Assembly (NCBI GenBank): GCA_002269645.1
Contig: NIVC01000350.1
Coordinates: 434,001-498,000 of the forward strand
Origin: Macrostomum lignano
Lineage: Eukaryota
Direction of reading: 5' to 3'
Length of the DNA: 64,000 nucleotides
Part shown: positions 1-12,300 of the stretch, piece after piece
Numbering within the stretch: position 1 is the stretch's first letter
Layout: every line of letters begins with the position of its first letter
Translations under genes and position numbers: made by a program
Notes under the pieces: model-generated
Databases searched by the model: none
What the model was told of the DNA's origin: nothing
The model's input: the letters and a program-made list of their open reading frames with translations, nothing else

Positions 1-63
1 TATATACTAAAACGTTCTCACTGAAGCTAATGAGAGCCTGACATACTTCTTCAGTTTTAATCC

Positions 64-1780
64 TCCTGACTACTCCTGACTAAACCAAGCTACTCTCGAT
101 CGAATGAGCCAATTGCATCTCCTGACTAAACCAAGCTACTCTCGATCGAATGAGCCAGACAACTCCTGACTAAACCAAGCTACTCTCGATCGAATGAGCC
201 AGACAACTCCTGACTAAACCAAGCTATTCTCGATCGAACGAGCCAAACAACTGACTAAACCAAGCTACTCTCGATCGAATGAGCCAAACAACTCCTGACT
301 AAACCAAGCTACTCTCGATCGAACGAGCCAAACAACTGACTAAACCAAGCTACTCTCGATCGAATGAGCCAAACAACTCCTGACTAAACCAAGCTACTCT
401 CGATCGAATGAGCCAATTGCATCTCCTGACTAAACCAAGCTACTCTCGATCGAATGAGCCAGACAACTCCTGACTAAACCAAGCTACTCTCGATCGAATG
501 AGCCAAACAACTCCTGACTAAACCAAGCTACTCTCGATCGAATGAGCCAATTGCATCTCCTGACTAAACCAAGCTACTCTCGATCGAATGAGCCAGACAA
601 CTCCTGACTAAACCAAGCTACTCTCGATCGAATGAGCCAGACAACTCCTGACTAAACCAAGCTACTCTCGATCGAATGAGCCAGACAACTCCTGACTAAA
701 CCAAGCTACTCTCGATCGAACGAGCCAAACAACTGACTAAACCAAGCTACTCTCGATCGAATGAGCCAAACAACTGACTAAACCAAGCTACTCTCGATCG
801 AATGAGCCAAACAACTCCTGACTAAACCAAGCTACTCTCGATCGAATGAGCCAAACAACTCCTGACTAAACCAAGCTACTCTCGATCGAACGAGCCAAAC
901 AACTGACTAAACCAAGCTACTCTCGATCGAATGAGCCAGACAACTCCTGACTAAACCAAGCTACTCTCGATCGAATGAGCCAAACAACTCCTGACTAAAC
1001 CAAGCTACTCTCGATCGAATGAGCCAATTGCATCTCCTGACTAAACCAAGCTACTCTCGATCGAATGAGCCAGACAACTCCTGACTAAACCAAGCTACTC
1101 TCGATCGAATGAGCCAGACAACTCCTGACTAAACCAAGCTACTCTCGATCGAATGAGCCAGACAACTCCTGACTAAACCAAGCTACTCTCGATCGAATGA
1201 GCCAAACAACTGACTAAACCAAGCTACTCTCGATCGAATGAGCCAAACAACTGACTAAACCAAGCTACTCTCGATCGAATGAGCCAAACAACTCCTGACT
1301 AAACCAAGCTACTCTCGATCGAATGAGCCAGACAACTCCTGACTAAACCAAGCTACTCTCGATCGAATGAGCCAGACAACTCCTGACTAAACCAAGCTAC
1401 TCTCGATCGAATGAGCCAAACAACTGACTAAACCAAGCTACTCTCGATCGAATGAGCCAAACAACTGACTAAACCAAGCTACTCTCGATCGAATGAGCCA
1501 AACAACTCCTGACTAAACCAAGCTACTCTCGATCGAATGAGCCAAACAACTCCTGACTAAACCAAGCTACTCTCGATCGAACGAGCCAAACAACTGACTA
1601 AACCAAGCTACTCTCGATCGAATGAGCCAAACAACTCCTTACTAAACCAAGCTACTCTCGATCGAATGAGCCAAACAACTCCTGACTAAACCAAGCTACC
1701 TGGTACTCTCGATCGAACGAGCCAAACAACTGACTAAACCAAGCTACTCTCGATCGAACGAGCCAAACAACTCCCGGAAA
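64..1780. repeat. Minisatellite, 41/44/46-bp unit variants (ctcctgactaaaccaagctactctcgatcgaatgagccagacaa); probably inside intron 1 of the minus-strand receptor gene
   Basis: About 40 visible tandem copies; variants lack 'ctc' or end in 'attgcat'. Confidence 0.97.
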
Positions 1781-1871
1781 AGCACGCTTCTGACTGAACC
1801 AACCACAGGCTAACTCATGCCAATTAACTTCCGGCCTCAGCCAACCAGTCACTGCTACAGAAGCAACGCAC

Positions 1872-2133
1872 TCTGCTGTACAGCCTGTATAGCAGAGCCG
1901 GCCGTCGGATCCACCACAAACTCCCGGTAGCGCACGGAGTGGCCGGGTAGCAAACGCCAATTGTAGTTCAGGTAGCGATTAAATGTGGCATCAATTAGGG
2001 AGCTGTTAATCAAACCAGACTCGGACACAACTGCGATTGTGAAGTTCAGGCATCGGGCGCCGGGAAGTACGCCAAGTAGCACCAGCGCCAGCAGCAGCGG
2101 TATCGAGGGAAGTTTCTGTTTTGGCATAAACAT
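1872..2133 (-). CDS. First coding exon of a secreted or membrane receptor, probably with an ANF_receptor/PBP1-type N-terminal domain (iGluR, receptor guanylyl cyclase or class C GPCR-like); the rest of the gene lies left of the window
   Basis: M(FM)PKQKLPSIPLLLALVLLGVLPGARC is signal-peptide-like, followed by LNFTIAVV...LLPGHSVRYREFVVDPTAGSAIQAVQQ, which resembles the start of PBP1 ligand-binding domains. Donor A|GTGCGT at 1871 (phase 1). The family cannot be resolved from one exon. Confidence 0.55.
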
Positions 2134-3689
2134 ACAAACTGTTTGTTATGTTTGTGTAGAAACTTTTGTTAGCTCAAATTGTCATTTTTGATGCCAATGG
2201 ACTGTGAAAAGACTAAACAAGAAACAAGAAACAGCTAAATTAAAAACTATACGAGCTTTTTCTGATTAAAAGGCACGCGGCTACTGCAGTAGATAAGATG
2301 TTTGAATAGAATTTCTTACCAACATTTGGATCTGGGTCTCGGAACAAGCGCTGAAAGTCTTACTGCAACTAACAGACAAATTTGCAAGCAAAACAAATTT
2401 CTGCTAGCACTTTTATACCCCAAAATTTGGGTAAAAAAACCCAGAAATCTTATCCTATGTTGCAAAAACAGTTAGCTAGCATTGCTGAGCCTTCTCAGAT
2501 CACCGATCGCGGACAAAAAACTAAGGACGCAAGCCTCAATCGTGTCTTTTATCCAGCTTCTAAAGCATGCTACTTGACAGGGAAGATATATAACTTGTAT
2601 TTTTTAAAAAACTCTGTTCTGCAACCAACTCATAGCTATGCGAGCTACATCTGTTAAACAACCTTGACTCAGAAGCCTAAGCTGATGTAATTTGATGCAC
2701 GCTGTAAAACAGCTTGTATTGTAAGAAAAGTATATAAAACTCAAATGAATCAAAGGTACATATGTTTATACAAGATCGATCAATCGATATCAGGCAGCGT
2801 ATTGATGTTCAATAAAAGAAACAACTAATTAGGGAATTAGGCTAAAGTTCCGTTGAAAAAAGATTTTGCACCGAAAAAGTAAAGCAAAGCTGGATATGAC
2901 AATCAATAAACATCTACGAGTACCTGCTGCTGCTTTCTGCTTGCTCAAATGAAATCGAATCCGAGTTGAGACTCGATCACATTGCGCAAAATTCAGTGGC
3001 TAAAGATCAATACAGAGCTTGATGAATGATTTTGCTAGTTTACCTGTATTAATCTATCAACTAGAAGATGCATGGCAACGCGTAATCTAATCCAAGAAAT
3101 ACGCGTACGAGAAACGCCCGGATTTTTTCGCAATCTTCTTTGAGCTGTCCTTCAGTTCGGGATCGGGGGTTAGTGCAGTTACGTGGCTACAATAAATACT
3201 TTCGAGTTTCCAAAATCTGCTTCAATCGAAAGTTTGCAGTCTCCTAGCTACTCAAAAATTGATAACTGTAAGAGCATAGTGCGAAAATCGAAAAACATCA
3301 GTTCCATTGATTACATTTCCTTGCTGGCTTAGCCAATCTTGTACTGCATGATGGATTCGGCCTTTCTTAATAAGCCCTTGATCAGAGGATTGTCGGGCCT
3401 TAGGGCATAGAAATTAATCACTTAGTGCTTAGGCCTACAGCTCCTGTCAGCTGGTCAGCCCCAAGGTAACATAGGTGTGGCAAGTAGCTTGGGTCCCTTA
3501 GCTAAGAGAAGATAGCAAGAGACAAGCAGGAACATTACTTGTACATGTAATAAGGGAGACAAAAAAGAAAAACAGATATAGGAAAGAGAACAACAACAAC
3601 AAACTAGAGCAGCCTTGGACAAAGCCAAGCTGAGTTGCTGTCAAAAAGCGCGCGCAAGCGCAAAGTTGCGCAGAACAGCGAGTCCGCGA

Positions 3690-4040
3690 GGCTCAGAAAT
3701 CACAACGTCTCTTTACAAAAAAGGTCGACGAAACGCAGACATCTCAACGCCTGACCGGAGACGCCGCGGCCCTTGAAGGGATAGCAGCAGCATGTCCTGC
3801 AGCGGCTCAGGGCAGTACTGCTCTGCTCGAATAATGTGGCCGGCCAGCTGTAGGCGCCAGATGGGCAGCAGCTGGCTGGGGTGGGGAGAGCTGGGTCCGT
3901 CGGTATAGCTCGTCATTGCCAGTAGTGTTGGTGGTGGCGGTCGGCGAAGGCAAATAGTGGACACCGAAGGCGGCTCGCAGAAGTCCAGCGTGAGCGGCGT
4001 CGAGTCGCCGCTCATGCGGGCCGGTCCGGTGTCCACGTTT
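3690..4040 (-). mobile_element. Degenerate 3' fragment of an RTE-clade non-LTR retrotransposon ORF
   Basis: Joining two frames gives RRLDAAHAGLLRAAFGVHY...NDELY...PSQLLPIWRLQLAGHIIRAEQYCPEPLQDMLLLSLQGPRR. This matches the post-RT pattern 'LD..Y.RMLR.....W....N.ELY.....IR.RRL..AGH..R' of RTE elements. Frameshifted. Confidence 0.7.
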
Positions 4041-4201
4041 CAGCATTGTAAAGGACAAAACGGTGCGGAATGCGCCCCAGGCAAGCGCATATAAGGAGAA
4101 GAAACAGGGAAGAAGAAAATGCCATTTCTACTGGCAAAAGTACAGTACAGGGTGAGGAGCTCATGAGCCGTCACATCATAATGAAAGTCATTACTCATCA
4201 T

Positions 4202-4581
4202 GAGCCTCTTCACGGCAATCGGTTCTAGAACCAGAATAAATTCGAGTTCTAGAACAAGAACCAGTGTGAAATGAGGAGCTTCGAACCCATTTTATGTTTG
4301 ACAGTCTTTACAATTTAATTTTGTAGTTCTTTGACTTTGTTTTCTCTTGGATATGACAAAAAAGGAATAATTATATAGCAATAATAAAAAATTTACGATT
4401 TCAAATATATTTTACTGTTAAAGTGTAAACATGACAACGGTTCGAGAAAATTTCTCGAACCATTTTCTAGAACCAGAACCATGTTGCGGAACTGATTCTG
4501 TTTTTCGAACCATCAATATGAAGAGCGTCGAACCGGTTCGGAACCGGTTCTGTTTTTCGAACCGGTGATATGAAGAGGCTC
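4202..4581. mobile_element. MITE, PIF/Harbinger-like (3-bp TSD CAT)
   Basis: TIR GAGCCTCTTCA...TGAAGAGGCTC, CAT on both flanks, internal ggttc/gaacc inverted motifs; related to the element at 50761. Confidence 0.7.
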
Positions 4582-6326
4582 CATGTATTTTCTGCACGGA
4601 AGACCGAAATACGCATAATATACTGTACATTCACAGTTCACATTGAAAAAAAATTATACCACAGGCCGTTAAAACGCAGCGATCAATCTCTAATTTAGGA
4701 ATTAAATGCATGCAATTTTGCATTAATTTTCTCTTTTATTCAATTTTAATTACAAATTTCAGAAATCAGAACTTGTATACGTACTTATTTTTTGTTTAAC
4801 ATTCCATTTCATAGAACGCTTATTTACATTGGAAATGCACAAATATGAATATGATCGATTTGTTCAATTGTGCAATAATTTAAAAACAGTACGTAGTAAA
4901 CTTAAAGTCGAAGAAAAGATTGAGCATCGTGGCCTACTTTTTAAGTGTTTTTTCATACGCTTCATAAAATCTAAAAGGGTTATAATATCTGTTTAAAACA
5001 ATTGATACATCACGTTTTAGTTTGACGAAATTACAAGTTATTGAATCATTAAATTATGAATTTAAAATTTATTCATGTGCCTTATGAATATTAGCATTTT
5101 TCTTTACTTCAAAAGTTTGCTGAAACTTAATTTGAAAACTGAAAATATTATAATACTAAGTGCTAATTAAGTGCTAAACCTTTAAAAGCTGCCTGTAGCT
5201 GCAAAACGTATTATAATATTTAATCAAAAAGAGACTTTGCAACACAGGTTTGAATTAGTATGTTCAATTTATTATTAACTCCTTTTAATTTCCCTGGCTA
5301 CTATATATTTACTTAGGAAGGTTGCGTGCAAATCATAATTTCCAATGTGCATTTGCCTAGGCCTACTTTGCCTGGTATATAGTCTAGCATGAAAAAATCT
5401 GTTTGAAAGATCTTTTCAGGGAACTTTTATTTTTACTTTTCAAAAAAGCAGGGGTAGAGCCTCAAACTCAAAGTGCAACTCAGAAGAAAATAAATGAACA
5501 ATATATAAAGCATATTTTATAATATTGCTTATATACTAGGCTAGTAGACATTAAAAGTATCTACCCTATTCTATTCTAAAATATTGTTTCCCATAACTAC
5601 AACCACAGGATGGCGATGCTAGTTGCATTACTTGTAATTGCAATTGTGATTGGAGAGAAATGGCTCACTGGGCCTCGATTAAGGTAGATATTTTTCAATG
5701 TCCACTAGTATAGTTTTTAAAAATAGTTTAATTCTATATTAGGATCATTTTAGAGACATGTATACTAGAAATATTTTATTTGGTTGAATGCTTATAAGTA
5801 GCAGATATAATGTTATCTTGTAATTTAACATATACTTGATTCTTTCTATAGCTCTTTTGTCCTTATTTGTCCTTAGAATTGAGTTACTACCTTGTTGTTT
5901 CTTTGAAATATATTCCCAGAAAAAAAGAAAAAAGGAATTTAGGTTATTTAGCCATTTTTATATTCCAGAAATAATGCAAATTTCATGAAAAACATTTCTA
6001 TGTATATTGCATAAGTATACTCATAGTTTTGTTGAATGAATACAAAATTAATAGGTGTGATTATAATTATAATTTATTGTTATTAATATCTCAAAGTTGT
6101 TTTTAAAATGACTTTTTAAAGTTGATAGTGACACTACAACCATAGGTATATAGGTTAATATAGTTTAAACTTAAACCTGAATCAAAAATTTAAACCTAAA
6201 TCTATACTAAAAACAGTTTTAAATATGCTACTTATCAGTAAAGATAATCCTAGATACTTTATGGAGAGAACGAGCAAGATACCACTTTGACAAAGTACTT
6301 TTATTGGCTCTGCATAAATAATTTTC

Positions 6327-9300
6327 ATGTCAGAAAATTTGTCAGCAGCTCGATCTGCTCTCCACCAACTGCTCAGATGGAGCACTGGCGAACAGGCTGA
6401 TGCTGGAAGCTGCAGCAGTGGCGGAGGCTCCAGTCACTCGCAGCTGGACCTCGCTGTTGCTGCCAAGACTGAAGCATTCCTTGCCGAGGCGTCTGCCAGA
6501 GCCGGCACCATCTCGCCGTCAGCTTGGACGGCCGCCGTGGCTGAGGCCGCCGCTGAGCCGCTGCTCTACTGGCGCTACCTGCGGGCTGTGGCGGCTGGCA
6601 TCGACTGGCTGGCTGAGGCCGCTCAGGAGCCTGGCAACGTCGACAAGGTCTGGCACAAATTGCTTTTGTTGCATAGAGGCCGCCACTAGAGGGGTCAGTT
6701 TTCAAAATTGAAGTGTTGAGGGGCGCCACTTGTAACATAAAGGTGCTACTTTCAATATTGCGGTGCCGTTGTCCAAGTTAAAGTGCCGCTTTGAGTATTG
6801 ATGGGACATTGTCCAAGTTAAAGTGCCGCTTTGAGTATTGATGGGACATTGTCCAAGTTAAAGTGCCGCTTTGAGTATTGATGGGACATTGTCCAAGTTA
6901 AAGTGCCGCTTTGAGTATTGATGGGACATTGTCCAAGTTAAAGTGCCGCTTTGAGTATTGATGGGACATTGTCCAAGTTAAAGTGCCGCTTTGAGTATTG
7001 ATGGGACATTGTCCAAGTTAAAGTGCCGCTTTGAGTATTGATGGGACATTGTCCAAGTTAAAGTGCCGCTTTGAGTATTGATGGGACATTGTCCAAGTTA
7101 AAGTGCCGCTTTGAGTATTGATGGGACATTGTCCAAGTTAAAGTGCCGCTTTGAGTATTGATGGGACATTGTCCAAGTTAAAGTGCCGCTTTGAGTATTG
7201 ATGGGACATTGTCCAAGTTAAAGTGCCGCTTTCAGTATTGATGGGACATTGTCCAAGTTAAAGTGCCGCTTTGAGTATTGATGGGACATTGTCCAAGTTA
7301 AAGTGTCGCTTTGAGTATTGATGGGACATTGTCCAAGTTAAAGTGCTGCTTTGAGTATTGATGGGACATTGTCCAAGTTAAAGTGCCATTTTCAATATTG
7401 AGGGGACATTGTCCAAATTAAAGTGCCGCTTTCAATATTGCAAACGGCATTTGTTTTTCGCTCCAATCCAGGTTGCTATTGGCGACGTGTCCCTGGCCCA
7501 GGCTGGCCTGGAGTTCCTGGCCGGCCTCGGCATTCGGCCCTGTCTGGCGCCGGGCGTCGGTCCGCCTCTCTCCGACCGGTTGGCCAGCGGCCCGGCCGGC
7601 GCCGACCTCCTGCGTGTCCGGCCTCCATCGGACGCGTCCGAACGACGGCGTCGGCTGGCCTGGCTGACCGAAACTCTCGGCCGGTGGACAGAGGGTGACG
7701 GCGCGGTGGCTGTAGCGGCTGGCCGATTCTTGGCGGACAGGCTGGCGGTGCTGCTGCAGCTGTCCTTCGGCCCGGAGGCCGCCGCGCCGGACGGGCTGGC
7801 GGAGCGGACGGCGGCCAGGCGGCGGCTGCACGGCCTGCTGAGCCGCCTGCCCTGCGCGACCGCCATGCGAGAGCTGCTCTGCCTGCACAGGAGGGCCGGG
7901 TGAGGCCAGCGGGTTGGCAGACCGAAATTAACCCGAATTCCATGCCGAAACTGGCCCGAATTCCATCACGAAACTGGCCCGAATTCCATCTTAAAACTGG
8001 CCCGAATTCCACCCCGAAACTGGCCTGAATTCCATCCTTCAACCTGAATTCCATTCCGAAACTGCCCGAATTCCATCCCAAAACTGGCCCGAATTCAATC
8101 GCGAAACTGACTCGAATTCCATCCCGAAACTGGCCCGAATTCCATCCCGAAACTGACTTGAATTTCATGTCGAAACTGATCTGAGTTCTTTCTTGAAATT
8201 AAAGTTTAACCGTTTCCTGGAAACCGAACGAATTCCATAATTTAAGCCACTAAGTCTTGAAGATTACTGCAAGCTCATCTTTCATGCAGTTGTTCCCGAT
8301 GCCAACCCCTCCCTTTAGACTGCCCGACTCTGCAGCCAAGTGGCTGGTCCGAGCTGCCTCCCACCTTCTGTCCGAGCAGCTCCTTCAACGACCTGACGGC
8401 GTTCTCGGCCTACTGGGCGCCGTATTTGACGACGCGGCGGCCGCTGGCGCCGGAGACAGTCGACACTCGGTGTCCGAGAAAGTGACCAGCGTGACCGGCC
8501 TGCTAAGCGCTTGTCCGGCCAAATTTTCGGACAGTCTAGCGAAGCAGCTTTTTCAAGTTTATCGACGCCTCGGCCCTGCGGATAAGCGGTTGCAATCGGC
8601 CTGCTGTCACGTCATCGTCTGCTGGTGCGGCGGCGCCAACAGCCTGGCGGCGGCGACTCTCGACCAGCTGCTTCGCGACTGCGTGCTGGCCGACTTTAGC
8701 TGTCTGGCCGCCAGGCGGCCTGCTACCGCCGCTGCCAACGCCGACGCGTCCAAACTTGCAGTTTCAAACGATGACGTCACCACTTCGTCTAAGCCCGTTG
8801 ATTCAAAAGATGATGTCATCACTTCGTCTAAGCCTGATGATTCAATAGATGGCGTAATCACTTCGTCTAAGTCTGCTGATTCAAAAAATGACGTCACCAC
8901 ATCGTTGAAGTCTGTTGATTCAAAAGATGACGTCATCTCACCCAAAAGACACGCAGCTTCAAATAATGACGTCATCGACTCTGCTGAGCCTATTGATCCA
9001 GAAGATGACGTCATTAGGTCTTCATGCCCTGCTGGATCTGCACCAGAAGACGCTGTGAATCTGGCGGAGCCGCTCAGCCGGTTAAGCATCCTGCTCTCCT
9101 GCGTCAAGCAGACCGACTCAGATTTCTTGCGTCGACTTGCCGGCCTGATTGATCCTTTGTTCTACCTTCTAGTTGCAGCAACTGCGGAACTGCAGCAGCG
9201 GAAACAGCAGCCGCAGAAGCAGCAACAGTGTGATGGCGGTCTTTCTCAACTCTGCGATCGCCTCACAGCCTGTCTGTCTGTATTTCCTGCGGTCTACCCT

Positions 9301-12300
9301 TTTGAGCTGGGGACCGGTCTGCTGCACCGCCTGCTGAGTGAGCCGGTGAACGGCGGTCACCTGCCTAGCGTGGAATTCTCCCTGCCAGGTACATTATTCT
9401 AGCTCTCTGGCATTGCTCAATTTAATATAATCAGATAAGAAACACGGAGATTGAGTCAACAGCGTCGGACTCACGACTTGAAGGTTGGCGGTTCGATTCC
9501 CGATCCCACTCGGAACAATTTGTGTCCTTGAGTAAGACACTTAACTCTGTATTGCTTCAGTTCACCCAGCTGTAAAATTGGTGCCAGCATTAACTGAGTA
9601 ATTGAGGGTGTATGTGGCGACCCCCAGTCCTTGGACTGAATAGCCATACGCAGCCTTCAGATCTATGAAGAAACTGAAGCTATGAAAGTCGAACTAGCCT
9701 ACTTTAGTAAGTAAAAAGTCAAGAAAAAGGTTACTCAAAAATGATTTATGTGAACTACTAATAGTAAAATATAAGTATCTGGGTATTATTTTGTATATAA
9801 AAAAATCTGCACAATTTCAAACGCTGCCTATCTCATTCAGATTCGATCCTAGTTCGTCCGCGCCACGTCCAGCTCCCGGATGTCGGCGATCCGGCGCTGC
9901 GCCTGACCGCTGCGGATGTTGTTTTGGCGCTGCTCGACTCAACCAGTGACAGTTCCGGTCGTCCGGGCCTGTCCGGCAGGTTGTTCGGCCGGCTGCTCAA
10001 AGATCTGTCCGATTCGTTCTCAACCAACGGTGGCTGCATGGGCCTCGGCCAGCTGTCCGCGCTTGTCCGCCTGTGCCAGGAGCCGCGACTGGCCGAGCGA
10101 GTTTTCTCAACCGCCCAGCCGGCCGACTTGGCCAGCCTGTGCCAGTCGCTGCTGCGGCACACCATGCTGCCATCGGCGGCTTCGTCAGCCGAGCTGGATG
10201 AGCAGCGGCGCGAATCGCTCGAGCTCGCCCTGTCGATCGTGTCGGCGGTGACGCTTGGCCTGCACTCGGCCGGCAGCAACGCCGAGGTCGCAGCGCTGAC
10301 ACCGACGCTACTGGAGGCGGCCGGCCGGGCCGACCTTCCGGAGGCAACACGTCAGCTGGCCCGCAGCTTGGCTGTGCGGACGGCCACCCTCGGCCGGGTG
10401 AGCGTCGGCGATGACATCGACGAGGCGTGTCGGACGCGGCCCACGGCAGTGTCGGACCTTCTACTGTCGGGGTCGGCTCTGTTGGATCCCGGCAACGAGG
10501 AGAAGATGGAGAAGGAAGTCGAAGACGAGGAAGGAGAGGTGGGCGCATTTCATGATTGATTATTGCATTTCATGATTGATTATTGCATTTCATGATTGAT
10601 TATTGCATTTCATGATTGATTGATGCATTTCATGATTGATTGATGCATTTCATGATTGATTATTGCATTTCATGATTGATTATTGCATTTCATGATTGAT
10701 TGATGCATTTCATGATTGATTATTGCATTTCATGATTGATTGATGCATTTCATGATTGATTATTGCATTTCATGATTGATGATTGCATTTCATGATTGAT
10801 TGATGCATTTCATGATTGATTGATGCATTTGATGATTGATTGATGCATTTGATGATTGATTGATGCATTTGATGATTGATTGATACATTTGATGATTGAT
10901 TGATGCATTTCATGATTGATTGATGCATTTCATGATTGATTATCGCATTTCATGATTGATTATTGCATTTCATGATTGATTATTGCATTTCATGATTGAT
11001 TGATGCATTTCGTAATTGATTGATGCATTTGATGCTTGATTGATGTATTTCATGATTGATTATTGCATTTCATGATTGACTGATGCATTTCATGATTGAT
11101 TGATGCATTTGATGATTGATTGATGCATTTCATGATTGATTGATGCATTTCATGATTGATTGATGCATCTAATGATTGATTGATGCATTTGATGATTGAT
11201 TGATGCATTTGATGATTGATTGATACATTTGATGATTGATTGATGCATTTCATGATTGATTATTACATTTCATGATTGATTGATGCATTTGATGATTGAT
11301 GCATTTCATGATTGATTGATGCATTTGATGATTGATTGATGGATTTCATGATTGATTAATGCATTTCATGATTGATTATTGAATTTCATGACTGATTGAT
11401 GCATTTCATGATTGATTATTGCATTTCATGATTGATTATTGCATTTCATGATTGATTATTGCATTTCATGATTGATTGATGCATTTCGTGATTGATTGAT
11501 GCATTTGATGATTGATTGATGTATTTCATGATTGATTATTGCATTTCATGATTGATTGATGCATTTGATGATTGATTGATGCATTTGATGATTGATTGAT
11601 GCATCTAATGATTGATTGATGCATTTGATGATTGATTGATGCATTTGATGATTGATTGATACATTTGATGATTGATTGATGCATTTCATGATTGATTAAT
11701 GCATTTCATGATTGATTATTGCATTTCATGATTGATTGATGCATTTGATGATTGATGCATTTCATGATTGATTGATGTATTTGATGATTGATTGATGGGT
11801 TTCATGATTGATTATTGCATTTCATGATTGATTATTGCATTTCATGATTGATTGATGCATTTCATGATTGATTGATGCATTTCATGATTGATTGATGCAT
11901 TTCATGATTGATTGATGCATTTGATGATTGATTGATACATTTGATGATTGATTGATGCATTTCATGATTGATTAATGCATTTCATGATTGATTATTGCAT
12001 TTCATGATTGATTGATGCATTTGATGATTGATGCATTTCATGATTGATTGATGTATTTGATGATTGATTGATGGGTTTCATGATTGATTATTGCATTTCA
12101 TGATTGATTATTGCATTTCATGATTGATTGATGCATTTCATGATTGATTGATGCATTTCATGATTGATTGATGCATTTCATGATTGATTGATGCATTTCA
12201 TGATTGATTGATGCATTTCATGATTGATTATTGCATTTCATGATTGATTATTGCATTTCATGATTGATTGATGCATTTGATGATTGATTGATGCATTTCA

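Noticed and set aside
64-1780. CRISPR-like appearance of the regular arrays (also 22660-24125 and 36680-38500)
   Set aside because: No unique spacers and no cas genes; the context is eukaryotic and intronic. These are head-to-tail minisatellites.
6373-10548. Antisense and alternative-frame ORFs over the GC-rich TANGO6 exons (similar ones occur over the receptor exons)
   Set aside because: These are shadow ORFs expected at high GC, with no recognisable motifs.
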